From Myxococcota bacterium (GTDB lineage Bacteria > Myxococcota_A > UBA9042 > PHBI01 > JAWLBL01), in NCBI GenBank assembly GCA_041687695.1, contig JAWLBL010000007.1, positions 160,001 to 224,000 of the forward strand: a stretch of DNA of 64,000 nucleotides, read 5' to 3'. Below are positions 17,265 through 27,309 of the stretch, piece after piece (position 1 is the stretch's first letter; each line of letters starts with the position of its first letter). A program made the translations under genes and the position numbers. A model generated the notes under the pieces. The model was not told the origin of the DNA. It made no database searches and worked only from the letters and a program-made list of their open reading frames with translations.

Positions 17265-19005
17265 CCTCCGGCTCGGAGGGCGGGTCCGGAGGCCTCGGCA
17301 GAAGGCGCAGGCGCTTGACGCGGCCGTCGCGCAGCTCGGTGACCTCGAGGGTGTAGCGCGGGGTCTGTAGGCGCGTCCCGACGTCCAGCGGGGCGTCGGA
17401 CAGGGCGTGGCGCAGCCAGCCGTCGAGGGTGTCCTCGCACGAGGGGGGCAGCTCCGGGCACAGGTCGAGGCCGTACAGCTCGGCGAGGTCCGAGAGGATC
17501 GCGCCGCCCTGGAGCTCGACGCCGTGCTCGGGGACGCCGGGGGTGCCGCGGCCCGAGAAGAGGCGGTCGACCAGCGGGCGGAGCTCGGGTCGGACGACGA
17601 CGAAGAGGTGGTCGTCGGCCTGAAGGCGCGTGCTGCCGCGCGGCGGGATGAGCCGCTGGCCGCGGGTGACGAGCGCGACGAGGGCCCCGTCGGGGAGGTT
17701 GAGGTCGCGCACGGCGCGGCCGACGAGGCGGGTGTTCGGGTCGACGCCGTAGTCGATGATGTCGCCCTCGACGTGCTTGAGCGACGAGATCTCGAGCGAG
17801 ATGGGTGGGGCGACGCGCTTGGGGCCGAGCAGGCGCAGCTTGCGGGCCAGCCAGCCCAGGGTCGAGCCCTGCAGGATGGCCGAGACGAGGACGACGAAGA
17901 AGATGATGTCGAACAGGCGGTGGCCGCCGGGCAGGCCGAGCAGCAGCGGGAAGGTGGCCAGCAGGACGGGGACGGCGCCCTTGAGGCCAGCCCAGGAGAT
18001 GAAGACGAGCTCGCGGGCCGAAAAACCGAAGGGGGCGGTCAGGCCGAAGACGGCGAGCGGGCGGGCGAGCAGGATGAGGCCGGCGGCGACCAGCAGGCCC
18101 TCGGGGGCGGCGTCCATGAGGCGCGAGGGGAAGCTGAGCAGGCCGAGCACGACGAACATGGCGATCTGGCCGAGCCAGGCCATGCCGTCGTGGAAGAGGA
18201 AGATGCCGCGGCGGAAGACGAGGGTGGGGCTGTTGCCGACGACGATGCCGGCCAGGTAGATGGCGAGGAAGCCGCTGCCGCCGAGGGCCGCGGCGAGGCC
18301 GAAGGCGAACAGGCCGGTGGCGGCCGTCAGGACGGGGTAGAGGCCGGCGGAGTCGAGGCTGATGCGGTTGATGAGCAGGGTCGCGCCCTTGCCGACCGCG
18401 AGGCCGACGGCGGTGCCGACGCCCATCTGCATGAAGAAGAGCCCGAGCAGGCCGACGCCGAGGTCGGATTGGCCGAGCAGGACCTCGATGAGCCCGATGG
18501 TGAGGAAGATGGCCATCGGATCGTTGGACCCGCTCTCGACCTCGAGCGTGCGGGTCAGGCGCTCGTCCAGGTTCATCCCCTGGCCGCGGAGGACGGCGAA
18601 GACGGCCGCGGCGTCCGTGGAGCCGACGATGGCGCCGAGCAGGAGGCCCTCGAGGACCGGGAGGCCGAGCAGCCAGGCGGCGAGCAGGCCGGTGGCGAGC
18701 GTCGTGACGAGCACGCCGACCGTCGCGAGCAGGGCCGCGGGCCTCCAGACGAGGCGGAAGGCCGAGTAGCTGGTCCCGAGGCCACCGTCGAAGAGGATGA
18801 TGGCGAGGCCGACGGTGCCGACGGCGTGGGCGAGCGCGTAGTTCTCGAACTCGATGCCGCCGACGCCCTCGGAGCCGGCGAGCATCCCGACGCCGATGAA
18901 CAGGACCAGCACGGGCATGCCGAGCCGGGACGCGAAGCGGCTGAAGGCGATCGCGAACAGGGTCAGGACGCTGGCGAGCAGGATGAGGTTGTCGATGAGG
19001 AACAA
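17209..19005 (-). CDS. cvrA: K+/H+ antiporter (NhaP2/CvrA family, CPA1) with RCK-C and C-terminal CorC-like domains
   Basis: ILFDGGL, STDAAAVF, LEVESGSNDPMA, SWAGLKGAVP; many TM helices; IPPRGSTRLQADD. Confidence 0.88.
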   Translation of the reverse strand: MFLIDNLILLASVLTLFAIAFSRFASRLGMPVLVLFIGVGMLAGSEGVGGIEFENYALAHAVGTVGLAIILFDGGLGTSYSAFRLVWRPAALLATVGVLVTTLATGLLAAWLLGLPVLEGLLLGAIVGSTDAAAVFAVLRGQGMNLDERLTRTLEVESGSNDPMAIFLTIGLIEVLLGQSDLGVGLLGLFFMQMGVGTAVGLAVGKGATLLINRISLDSAGLYPVLTAATGLFAFGLAAALGGSGFLAIYLAGIVVGNSPTLVFRRGIFLFHDGMAWLGQIAMFVVLGLLSFPSRLMDAAPEGLLVAAGLILLARPLAVFGLTAPFGFSARELVFISWAGLKGAVPVLLATFPLLLGLPGGHRLFDIIFFVVLVSAILQGSTLGWLARKLRLLGPKRVAPPISLEISSLKHVEGDIIDYGVDPNTRLVGRAVRDLNLPDGALVALVTRGQRLIPPRGSTRLQADDHLFVVVRPELRPLVDRLFSGRGTPGVPEHGVELQGGAILSDLAELYGLDLCPELPPSCEDTLDGWLRHALSDAPLDVGTRLQTPRYTLEVTELRDGRVKRLRLLPRPPDPPSEPEVTLDEAPPEPPATGSAHP

Positions 19006-19097
19006 GGGACGGGGCTCGTCGGCGGCGAGGTGAGGCTAGAGGCGAGCCATGGTGCACCAGGCGCGGCGGCCCGTCGCCGAAATGCGGCGATCGGACC

Positions 19098-20816
19098 CTA
19101 GCATGAAACGCTGGCGCGGGGCGTGGGCTCGGAGCGGCCGGGGACGAGGGGCTCGAAGAGGAGGGCGAGGCCAATGACGCCGGCGCAGCCGATGACGTTG
19201 AACCAGAGATAGCCGATGTCGGTCGTGGCGTAGAGCGCGAGCACGCTCGCCTGGGAGGCGACGGCGGCGAGGAAGACGGCGTGGCCGCGGACGTGCTTGA
19301 TGAAGAAGGCGACCAGGAACAGGCCGAGCACGGTGCCGTAGAAGAGCGAGCCCAGGATGTTGACGGCCTGGATGAGGTTGTCGAGGAGGCTCGCGAAGCT
19401 GGCGAAGGCGAGGGCGACCAGGCCCCAGAACACGGTGAAGAGCTTGGAGGCGACGAGGATGTGGCGGTCGGAGGCGTCGCGGCGGAAGACGCGGCGGTAG
19501 AAGTCGCTGGTGGTGGTGGCGCCGAGGGCGTTGAGCTCGCTGGCGGTCGAGCTCATGGCGGCCGAGAGGATGACGGCGATGAGCAGGCCGACGAGGCCGG
19601 CGGGGAGCCAGTCGGTCACGAAGGAGATGAAGATGTAGTCGGAGTCCTTGGTCTCGGCCCCGGGGATGGCCTTGGCGATGACGCCCTTGGCCTGGGCGCG
19701 CAGGGCGTCGGTCTGGCCGGCGGAGGCGACGAGCGCGGCGCGGGCGGTCTCGAGGGCGGCCTCGTCGCCGGTCTGTCGCGCGGCGAGGAAGGCGTCGACG
19801 TGGGCGCGCTTCTGGGTCTGCGCGGCGTCCCAGGCCGACTCGAGGGCGGTCAGCTCGCCGGCGTGGGCGGTCTGGTGGACGCGGTCGACCAGCGGCTGGT
19901 TGAAGACCATCGGGGGCGTCGTGAACTGGTAGAAGACGAAGACCAGGACCCCGATGAGCAGGATGACGAACTGCATCGGGATCTTCAGGACGCCGTTGAA
20001 GAGCAGGCCGAGGCGGCTCTCGGTGATGGAGCGGCCCGTGAGGTAGCGGCCGACCTGGGACTGGTCGGTGCCGAAGTAGGACAGGGCGAGGAAGAGGCCG
20101 CCGGTGATGCCCGACCAGAAGTTGTAGCGGTCGTCGAGGTCGAACTCGAAGTTGACCACGTTCATGCGGCCGAGGGCGCCGGCGACGTCCAGGGCGCCGC
20201 CGAAGGAGACGTGGTCGGGCAGGTGGAAGACGATGACGAAGGCGGCGACGACCATGCCGCCCATCATGACGACCATCTGCTGCTTCTGGGTCTGGGCGAC
20301 GGCCCTGGAGCCGCCCGTCACCGTGTAGAGGATGACGATGACGCCGATGGCGAAGATGGTCGGCTCGAGGGGCCAGCCGAGGACGGCCGACAGGATGATG
20401 GCGGGCGCGTAGATGGTGATGCCGGCGGCGAGCCCGCGCTGGATGAGGAACAGGAACGCCCCGAGCAGGCGGGTCTTCATGTCGAAGCGGCTCTCGAGGT
20501 ACTCGTAGGCCGTCGTGACGCGCAGGCGGTAGTAGATGGGGACGATGAAGGCGCTGATGATGACCATCGCGATGGGCAGCCCGAAGTAGAACTGCACGAA
20601 GCGCATGCCGTCTTCGTAGGCCTGCCCCGGGACCGACAGGAAGGTGATGGCGCTGGCCTGCGTCGCCATGACCGACAGGCCGATGGTCGTCCACGGCAGG
20701 TCGTAGTTGCCGCGCAGGTAGCTCTCGGCGGTCGCGGCGCCGCGCGTCTTCCAGATGCCCAGCGCGACGATGGTCGCGATGGTGCCGACGAGGACGGTCC
20801 AGTCGAGCCCGGTCAC
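19098..20816 (-). CDS. Sodium:solute symporter (SSS family)
   Basis: SVMATQASAITFLSVPGQ, TAYEYLESRF, YFGTDQSQVGRYL, AAMSS..SELNAL; many TM helices. Confidence 0.9.
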   Translation of the reverse strand: MTGLDWTVLVGTIATIVALGIWKTRGAATAESYLRGNYDLPWTTIGLSVMATQASAITFLSVPGQAYEDGMRFVQFYFGLPIAMVIISAFIVPIYYRLRVTTAYEYLESRFDMKTRLLGAFLFLIQRGLAAGITIYAPAIILSAVLGWPLEPTIFAIGVIVILYTVTGGSRAVAQTQKQQMVVMMGGMVVAAFVIVFHLPDHVSFGGALDVAGALGRMNVVNFEFDLDDRYNFWSGITGGLFLALSYFGTDQSQVGRYLTGRSITESRLGLLFNGVLKIPMQFVILLIGVLVFVFYQFTTPPMVFNQPLVDRVHQTAHAGELTALESAWDAAQTQKRAHVDAFLAARQTGDEAALETARAALVASAGQTDALRAQAKGVIAKAIPGAETKDSDYIFISFVTDWLPAGLVGLLIAVILSAAMSSTASELNALGATTTSDFYRRVFRRDASDRHILVASKLFTVFWGLVALAFASFASLLDNLIQAVNILGSLFYGTVLGLFLVAFFIKHVRGHAVFLAAVASQASVLALYATTDIGYLWFNVIGCAGVIGLALLFEPLVPGRSEPTPRASVSC

Positions 20817-20977
20817 GAATAGGCCTCGGTCATCAGCCAGAACAGGACGACCAGGGCGGCGAGCGTGCCGAGGACGACCAGGTAGATGTTGCGCCAGCTG
20901 CCGAGCAGCGGCGGGGCGTCCTCGAGCTCGGGGCGGGGCTCGGGCGGCGGGGCGTCGGGCTGGGGCAGCGTGCTCAT
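20813..20977 (-). CDS. 54-aa single-TM protein, likely small SSS partner
   Basis: MSTLPQPDAPP...PPLLGSWRNIYLVVLGTLAALVVLFWLMTEAYS; ATGA overlap with the upstream stop and GTGA overlap with the SSS start. Confidence 0.75.
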   Translation of the reverse strand: MSTLPQPDAPPPEPRPELEDAPPLLGSWRNIYLVVLGTLAALVVLFWLMTEAYS

Positions 20978-23478
20978 TGGCTCAGCAGGTTGGCGAGGAG
21001 GCGGTAGGCCCCCGGGACGCCGGCGGGGAGCTGCCTGAAGAACGACAGCCCGGTGTAGACGAAGGTGCCCTTGCCGTGGCGCGCGACGAGCAGGGCGCCG
21101 CGCGACGGCTCGTCCCCCGCGTCCTGCAGCTCGAACACGGGCCGGTACCGCGCATCCCAGGTGGTCGCGAAGTACAGGCCGCGCTCCTGCACCCAGCCGT
21201 CGAAGTCCGCCGGGCCCAGCGCGTTGGGACCGGCGAGCAGCCCGTCCTTGGGATCCACGGGCGTCATGGCGGCGGCCTCGTCGGTCACGCGGTCGCGTCC
21301 GATCTCGATGGGCCAGGGCCCGAGCGGCGCCTTCAGCGGAGCGATGTGGTTGTTGGTCATGTACTGCACGACCAGGCGTCCGCCCTGCTCGACGTACTTC
21401 ATCAGGCGCTCGTGGTGCGAGGCGAGGCGCGGGTTGGTGTTGTAGGCGCGGACGCCCACCAGGATGGCGTCGAAGCGCTCGAGCGGCTCCTTGGCGAGGC
21501 GCTCGTCGGGCAGCAGCGTGACCTCGAAGCCGACCGCGGCGAGGTCCTCGGCGACCGTGTCGCCCGGGCCCGGGATGTAGCCGATGCGGCGGCTGCGCGT
21601 CTCGAGCTGCAAGGGCACCAGATCCGCCTGCGCCGCCTTGCGGACCGTCAGCGGCGGGATGTGGTCGTAGGCGATGCCACGCATGGCCCAGGAGTCCTTG
21701 CGGCCGTTCAGCTCGACCACGGCGCGCACCGACGCCCGCTCGGAGGCCCCCTTGGGGGGCGTCACGCGGAAGGCGACGCTCGCCTCCGCGCCCTTGCTGG
21801 CCAGCTCGAAGGGGCGCTCGGCCGGCTCGGCGCGCCATCCGTCGGGCAGCTCGAGCCGGACGACCCCCTCCGCCGCGTCGCGGCCGGCCGCCAGCGTGAC
21901 GCTGACGTCGCGCGTCTGTCCGTTCGGGAACATCACCACCGGGCGGTCCAGGTTGGCCGTGACGGCCGGGACGATCTCGAGGTCGCGGTACAGCTCGCCG
22001 CGCACCGGGTCGACCCAGGCGTACACGACCGGACGCGTCGTCACGAAGCGCTCGCCGCCCACCTCCCAGGTGAAGGCGACGGCCAGCGCCGGATCGCCCG
22101 ACGGCCGGCCGACCAGCGCGCGATCGGCCACCGAGAACAGGCCGCCCTGCTGCGGGTCCCTCAGCCAGTAAGGCGTCGAGACCGGCGCCTCGGCCGGCAC
22201 CGCGACGGTCGGGCTCTGCCCCACCGGCACGTTGTGGCCCAGCGCGGCGTTCACCTCGAGCACGTCGCCGCCGGGAAGGGTGACGCTGACGAGGCGGAGC
22301 GCGGCCGGCGAGCGGTTCAGGGCCGACACGCGCAGCTGCACGGACCCGCCAGGGACGGCCGCCGGCTCGGCCGCGCGCGCCTCGAGGTGCAGGCCCGCGC
22401 ACGCCGCGATGAGGGCCTCGGTGTCGGCCAGCTTGGACGCCTTGAACGGGTTGTCGTCCGGCAGCGCCCTCAGCGCGGCGCGCACCTTCAGCAGCGCCGG
22501 GATGCTGGCGTGCGGCGCTTTGGCGTCGAAGCCGTCCCAGGCGGCCTTGGTCGCCTTCGCCACGGCGGCGGCGGCGCGCGCGTGCTTCGGCTCGCCCTTG
22601 GCGAAGCGTCCCCACGACAGGTCCAGGCCCTCGAAAGGCTCGGCCTTGGGGCGGGTCCCCGCGACGGGCGAGAAGTACTCGTGGCTGGTGCCGCGCTGCG
22701 CGGCGACGCCGAAGCCCTGGCTCTTGTGCTGGCTGCGGCTGTCGGCGGCGATCTCGCCCCACGAGCGGCCGACCAGCGGGTCGTAGCCCCCGACGTCCAC
22801 CTTCAGGTAGCCCGACATGTCGGCGTCGGGCCCCAGGCGCCAGGTCGAAACGTTGTACAGCAGGCGATCGACCTTCCAGGTTCCGTACCGGGCCACCTGC
22901 TCGGGGAAGCGGCTAGGATCGGCGGCGGCCTCGAAGGCCTCGCGCGCCAGGATGGCCGACGCCGTGTGGTGGCCGTGGTTGGGCGGGCGCTCGTTGAAGC
23001 GCGTCAGGATGACGTCCGGCTTGAAGCGGCGGATCGCCAGGACCACGTCCTCGAGCACGGCCTCGTGGCCCCAGATCTGCAGCGACTCCTGCGCGCTCTT
23101 GGAGTAGCCGAAGTCGCGCGCCCGCGTGAACAGCTGCTCGGCCCCGTCGATGCGGCGCGCGGCGAGCAGCTCGTGCGTGCGGATGAGCCCCAGCAGCTCG
23201 CTCTGCTCGGTCCCGATGAGGTTCTGGCCGCCGTCGCCCCGCGTCAGCGAGAGGTATCCAGCGCGCACCCGTTTTTCGCCCACCAGCCACGCGAGCAGCC
23301 GCGTGTTCTCGTCGTCCGGGTGCGCCGCCACGTACAGGACGTTGCCGACCACGCCCAGCTTGCGCAGCCCCTGGGCGATTTCGCCCGCGTGCATCGGGCG
23401 CTGGGCCTGCGCGGAGGCCGGCGAGGCGGTGGCGATCATGATGGAGAGAGCCAATCCAAGCAGGGTCGTCGTTCGCAT
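20974..23478 (-). CDS. Secreted PIG-L/LmbE family deacetylase/amidase with Ig-like and C-terminal GATase-like domains
   Basis: Signal peptide MRTTTLLGLALS..AQA; AAHPDDE, TRGDGGQN, HGHH motifs; 834 aa. Confidence 0.85.
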   Translation of the reverse strand: MRTTTLLGLALSIMIATASPASAQAQRPMHAGEIAQGLRKLGVVGNVLYVAAHPDDENTRLLAWLVGEKRVRAGYLSLTRGDGGQNLIGTEQSELLGLIRTHELLAARRIDGAEQLFTRARDFGYSKSAQESLQIWGHEAVLEDVVLAIRRFKPDVILTRFNERPPNHGHHTASAILAREAFEAAADPSRFPEQVARYGTWKVDRLLYNVSTWRLGPDADMSGYLKVDVGGYDPLVGRSWGEIAADSRSQHKSQGFGVAAQRGTSHEYFSPVAGTRPKAEPFEGLDLSWGRFAKGEPKHARAAAAVAKATKAAWDGFDAKAPHASIPALLKVRAALRALPDDNPFKASKLADTEALIAACAGLHLEARAAEPAAVPGGSVQLRVSALNRSPAALRLVSVTLPGGDVLEVNAALGHNVPVGQSPTVAVPAEAPVSTPYWLRDPQQGGLFSVADRALVGRPSGDPALAVAFTWEVGGERFVTTRPVVYAWVDPVRGELYRDLEIVPAVTANLDRPVVMFPNGQTRDVSVTLAAGRDAAEGVVRLELPDGWRAEPAERPFELASKGAEASVAFRVTPPKGASERASVRAVVELNGRKDSWAMRGIAYDHIPPLTVRKAAQADLVPLQLETRSRRIGYIPGPGDTVAEDLAAVGFEVTLLPDERLAKEPLERFDAILVGVRAYNTNPRLASHHERLMKYVEQGGRLVVQYMTNNHIAPLKAPLGPWPIEIGRDRVTDEAAAMTPVDPKDGLLAGPNALGPADFDGWVQERGLYFATTWDARYRPVFELQDAGDEPSRGALLVARHGKGTFVYTGLSFFRQLPAGVPGAYRLLANLLSQ

Positions 23479-23669
23479 CGGGGCGGACCTTAACAGAACG
23501 ATTGGGCAGGTGGGACCTTTGGCGCACCCCTCGGTGGAGGGCCGCCGGACCCCCACCAACGCGCGGTCCCTCCCGCGGGTTCACCGGGACCGGGTTTTCC
23601 GTGGTCGTGTCCTGAGGCCTTCACCCAACGTGGACCCGCCCCTTCGCTTACTGCTATGAGTCCGCGGCG

Positions 23670-25295
23670 ATGGCCACCTCCTTCGCTGCCTCCTGGCTCT
23701 CGGGCGCTCCCAACGCCCACGCCTTCCTCCCCGACCGCTACCGCCACCCGGACGCCCGCGCCGCCGCCGCGGCCGCCGCCGCCCAGCGCGCGCCCGACCC
23801 CGCGCTCGTCGCCGCGCTGGTCCGCCAGAACGCCGCGCTGCCACCCAGCCCGGCCCGCGACCGCCACCTCGACGACCTCGCCCGCCCCGGCACCATCGCC
23901 GTCGCCACCGGCCAGCAGGTCGGCCTCTTCCTCGGCCCGCTCTTCACCGTCTACAAGGCCGCCGCCGCGATCGCCGCCGCCCGCGCCCTCTCCCGCGAGA
24001 CCGGCCGCCCCTGCGTCCCCGTCTTCTGGCTGCAGACCGAGGACCACGACCGCCCCGAGATCGACCACGTCCTCGTCCCCCGCGCCACCGGCGCCCCGCT
24101 GCGCCTCGCGCTGCCCCCCGACGACCTCGACCCGCGCGTCCCCGTCGCCCACCGCCGCCTCGGCCCCGGGGTCCAGGCCGCCCTCGACACCCTCGACGCC
24201 GAGCTGGGCCACGAGCCCCACGCCCGCGCGCTGCTCGACCTTCTCTCCGCCGCCTACACCCCCGACGCCACCTTCCACGACGCCTTCGCGCGCACCCTCG
24301 CCGCCGTCTTCGCCGACGACGGCCTCGTCTTCCTGAACCCCCGCGACCCGGCCATCGCCCGCCTCGCCGCCCCGCTGCACCGCCGCGCCCTGCTCGAGGC
24401 CGGCCCGCTCTCCCAAGCCCTCGCCCAGCGCGCCCGCGCCCTGACCGACGCCGGCTTCGCCGCCCAGGTCCACATCCGCCCCGGCGCCCCGCTGGCCTTC
24501 TTCTCCCCCGACGCCGTCGACGGCCCCCGCTACCGCCTCGACCCGACCGCCACCCCCGACCGCTGGGCGCTCGTCGGCCACCCCGCCGACGCCACCGTCA
24601 CCACCGCCACCCTGCTCGACGCCCTCGACGCCGATCCCCTCCGCCTGACCACCTCGGCCCTGCTGCGCCCCCTCCTGCAGGACACCCTCCTGCCCACCGC
24701 CGGCTACGTCGGCGGCCCCGGCGAGATGGCCTACTTCGCCCAGCTCGGCCCGCTCTACGACGCCCTCGATCTCCCGATGCCGCTGACCATCCCGCGCGCC
24801 CGCTTCCGCGTCGTCGACGACCGCGCCCGCGGCCTGCTGGCCAAGCTCGACCTCACCCCGGCCGACCTCGCCCAGCCCCGCGAGGCCCTGCTGACCCGCC
24901 TCGCCGCCCGCGCCGCCGACGACGGCTTCGACCCGCCGGACGCCGTCCACGACCGCCTGCTCGCAGCCCTCGCCCCCGAGCTCGCCCGCCTCGGCGCCCT
25001 GATGACCGCCCTCGACCCCAACCTGGCCAAGGCCGTCTCCCGCACCGAGGACGGCGTGCGCGACGCGCTCTCCAAGCTGGTCGCCAAGTACGGCCGCGCC
25101 CTCGGCCAGCGCGATCACGTCGCCCTCGAGCGCCTCGACCGCGCCCGCGCCTTCCTCCACCCCGACGACGCCCCTCAAGAGCGCGTCCTGGGCCTGCCCT
25201 ACTTCGCCGCCCGCCTCGGGACGAAAACCTTCGCCCGGCTCGTTGTCGACGCCTGCGTCCCCTTCTCCGGCGAGCTGCGAGACCTCACCCCGTGA
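23670..25295 (+). CDS. bshC: Bacillithiol biosynthesis cysteine-adding enzyme BshC
   Basis: [56 protein letters not shown]. Confidence 0.9.
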   Translation: MATSFAASWLSGAPNAHAFLPDRYRHPDARAAAAAAAAQRAPDPALVAALVRQNAALPPSPARDRHLDDLARPGTIAVATGQQVGLFLGPLFTVYKAAAAIAAARALSRETGRPCVPVFWLQTEDHDRPEIDHVLVPRATGAPLRLALPPDDLDPRVPVAHRRLGPGVQAALDTLDAELGHEPHARALLDLLSAAYTPDATFHDAFARTLAAVFADDGLVFLNPRDPAIARLAAPLHRRALLEAGPLSQALAQRARALTDAGFAAQVHIRPGAPLAFFSPDAVDGPRYRLDPTATPDRWALVGHPADATVTTATLLDALDADPLRLTTSALLRPLLQDTLLPTAGYVGGPGEMAYFAQLGPLYDALDLPMPLTIPRARFRVVDDRARGLLAKLDLTPADLAQPREALLTRLAARAADDGFDPPDAVHDRLLAALAPELARLGALMTALDPNLAKAVSRTEDGVRDALSKLVAKYGRALGQRDHVALERLDRARAFLHPDDAPQERVLGLPYFAARLGTKTFARLVVDACVPFSGELRDLTP

Positions 25296-26095
25296 CCGTC
25301 ACCCCCGCCTACGGCTTCGACCTGGTCGCGTTCGGGCCCCACCCGGACGACGTCGAGCTGTTCTGCGGCGGGCTGCTCATCCGCCTGAGCGATCTCGGCT
25401 ACCGCGTGGCCGTGGTCGACCTCACGCGTGGCGAGATGGCCACCCGCGGCACGCCCGAGACCCGCGCCGCCGAGGCCGAGGCCGCCGCTGCCGTCCTGGG
25501 CCTGTCGCACCGCGAGAACCTGGCGCTGCCCGACGCCGGCCTGCTGCCGAACGACCCCGACCAGGTCGCCGCCATCGTCGCCGCCCTCCGCCGCCTCCGC
25601 CCCGAGCTGGTCGTCGCCCCCTGGTCGCGCGAGCGCCACCCCGACCACGAGGCCGCCAGCGCCCTGGTCACCCGCGCCGTCTTCCTGGCCGGCCTGCGCC
25701 GCTGGTCCCCCGGACGCCCACGGGATCCCGGCGCCCTGGACGCGCCGCCCTTCACGCCGCGGCAGGTCCTGTACTACCCGATGCGCCACCTGGCCGAGCC
25801 CACCTTCATCGTGGACACCACCGAGGCCGCCGAACGCAAGCTCGCCGCCATCCGCTGCTACGCGAGCCAGGTCGGCCCCGCCCCCGGCGCCCCCGAGACC
25901 CTCGTCGGCTCGCCCCTGTCGCTCACCTCCATCGACGCGCGCGACCGCTTCTACGGCGCCCAGATCGGCGTCGCCCACGGCGAGCCCTTCGTCTCGCCCA
26001 GCCCCGTCGGCCTCGTCGACCCCGTCGCCCACTTCCGGGCCAACGCCCCCGCGCCGGCCGGCGCTCGCCCCCTCCTGTTCCCCGAGCGCCGATGA
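25292..26095 (+). CDS. bshB1: GlcNAc-malate deacetylase BshB1
   Basis: [33 protein letters not shown] overlap with bshC. Confidence 0.88.
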   Translation: MTVTPAYGFDLVAFGPHPDDVELFCGGLLIRLSDLGYRVAVVDLTRGEMATRGTPETRAAEAEAAAAVLGLSHRENLALPDAGLLPNDPDQVAAIVAALRRLRPELVVAPWSRERHPDHEAASALVTRAVFLAGLRRWSPGRPRDPGALDAPPFTPRQVLYYPMRHLAEPTFIVDTTEAAERKLAAIRCYASQVGPAPGAPETLVGSPLSLTSIDARDRFYGAQIGVAHGEPFVSPSPVGLVDPVAHFRANAPAPAGARPLLFPERR

Positions 26096-27285
26096 CCCCT
26101 CCGCCGCTGCCCCCGCTGCCGCCCGGGCGCCTCAACATCGCCATCACCTGCTTCCCCACCTTCGGCGGCAGCGGCATCGTCGCGACCGAGATCGGCCTCG
26201 CCATGGCCAGCCGCGGCCACCGCGTCCACTTCGTCGCGCGCGACCTCCCGGTGCGCCTCGGCCGCTGCGTGCCCAACGTCCTGTTCCACGAGGTCTCCGA
26301 GAGCGACTACCCCGCGCTCCACCACAGCGGCACCTACGCCATCGCCCTGGCCAGCAAGCTGGTCGAGGTGGCCGGCTACGAGCCCCTCGACGTCCTGCAC
26401 GTCCACTACGCGGTCCCCCACGCCACCGCCGCCTGGATGGCCTCCGAGGTCCTCGGCCCCGCCAGCCCCGCCATCGTCACCACGTTGCACGGCACCGACA
26501 TCACCCTGGTCGGCGCCGACCCCGGCTACCTGCCCATCACCCGCCTGTCCATCCTCAAGAGCCACGCCGTCACGGCCCCCTCCGAGTTCCTGCGCGCCGC
26601 GACCCACGAGCGCCTGCACATCGACCCGCTGTTCCCCATCGACGTCATCCCCAACTTCGTCGACACCGCCCGCTACGCCCCCGACCGCGCCGACCGCGCC
26701 CGCCTCGACGCCCTCTTCCCCGCCGCGCCGTCGTCCGACCCGGTCCTCTTCCACGTCTCCAACTTCCGCCCCGTCAAGCGGGTGTGCGACGTGCTCCGCA
26801 TCTTCCAGCGCCTGCACGAGCAGCACCCCAGCCGCCTGGTCCTCATCGGCGACGGGCCCGAGCGCTCGCCCGCCGAGCGCCGCATCCGCGAGCTCGGTTT
26901 GGCCGACCGCGTGGCCTTTCTGGGCAAGCAGGACACCTTCGCCCCCTTGCTCGCCGCCTCGGACGCCTTCCTGCTGCCCAGCGAGACCGAGTCCTTCGGC
27001 CTCGCGGCCCTCGAGGCCCTGTCCTGCGGCGTCCCGGTGATCGCCAGCGACGTGGGCGGCCTGCCCGAGGTCGTCGACCACGGCCAGACCGGCTACCTCG
27101 CGCCGGTCGGGGACGTCGCGGCCTTCGCCGGGTACACGCTGGACCTGTTGACCCGACCCGATCGCCGCGCCACCTTCGGGGCGCTCGCCCGCGCGCGTGT
27201 GCTCGAGCGCTACCAGCTCGACCCCGCCATCGACCGGTACGAGCGCCTCTACCGGCGCGTCACCGCAGGCCGCCGCGCCCCCTGA
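26092..27285 (+). CDS. bshA: N-acetyl-alpha-D-glucosaminyl L-malate synthase BshA (GT4)
   Basis: TCFPTFGGSGIVATE, HVHYAVPHA, TTLHGTDITLVG, HVSNFRPVKR, ESFGLAALEA; ATGA overlap with bshB1. Confidence 0.92.
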   Translation: MTPPPLPPLPPGRLNIAITCFPTFGGSGIVATEIGLAMASRGHRVHFVARDLPVRLGRCVPNVLFHEVSESDYPALHHSGTYAIALASKLVEVAGYEPLDVLHVHYAVPHATAAWMASEVLGPASPAIVTTLHGTDITLVGADPGYLPITRLSILKSHAVTAPSEFLRAATHERLHIDPLFPIDVIPNFVDTARYAPDRADRARLDALFPAAPSSDPVLFHVSNFRPVKRVCDVLRIFQRLHEQHPSRLVLIGDGPERSPAERRIRELGLADRVAFLGKQDTFAPLLAASDAFLLPSETESFGLAALEALSCGVPVIASDVGGLPEVVDHGQTGYLAPVGDVAAFAGYTLDLLTRPDRRATFGALARARVLERYQLDPAIDRYERLYRRVTAGRRAP

Positions 27286-27309
27286 TCCCTCGCCATCGCT
27301 GGAGCCCCC

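Noticed and set aside
17209..19005. Antiporter as a bacillithiol-gated Kef-like K+ efflux channel
   Set aside because: Protein is NhaP2/CvrA (CPA1) type, not KefB/C (CPA2 with KTN); only proximity supports a link
17209..27285. Strand-composition switch near 23.6 kb as a replication origin or terminus
   Set aside because: The C-richness follows the coding strand of the divergent operons (C-ending codons); no DnaA-box cluster, dif or parS site recognised
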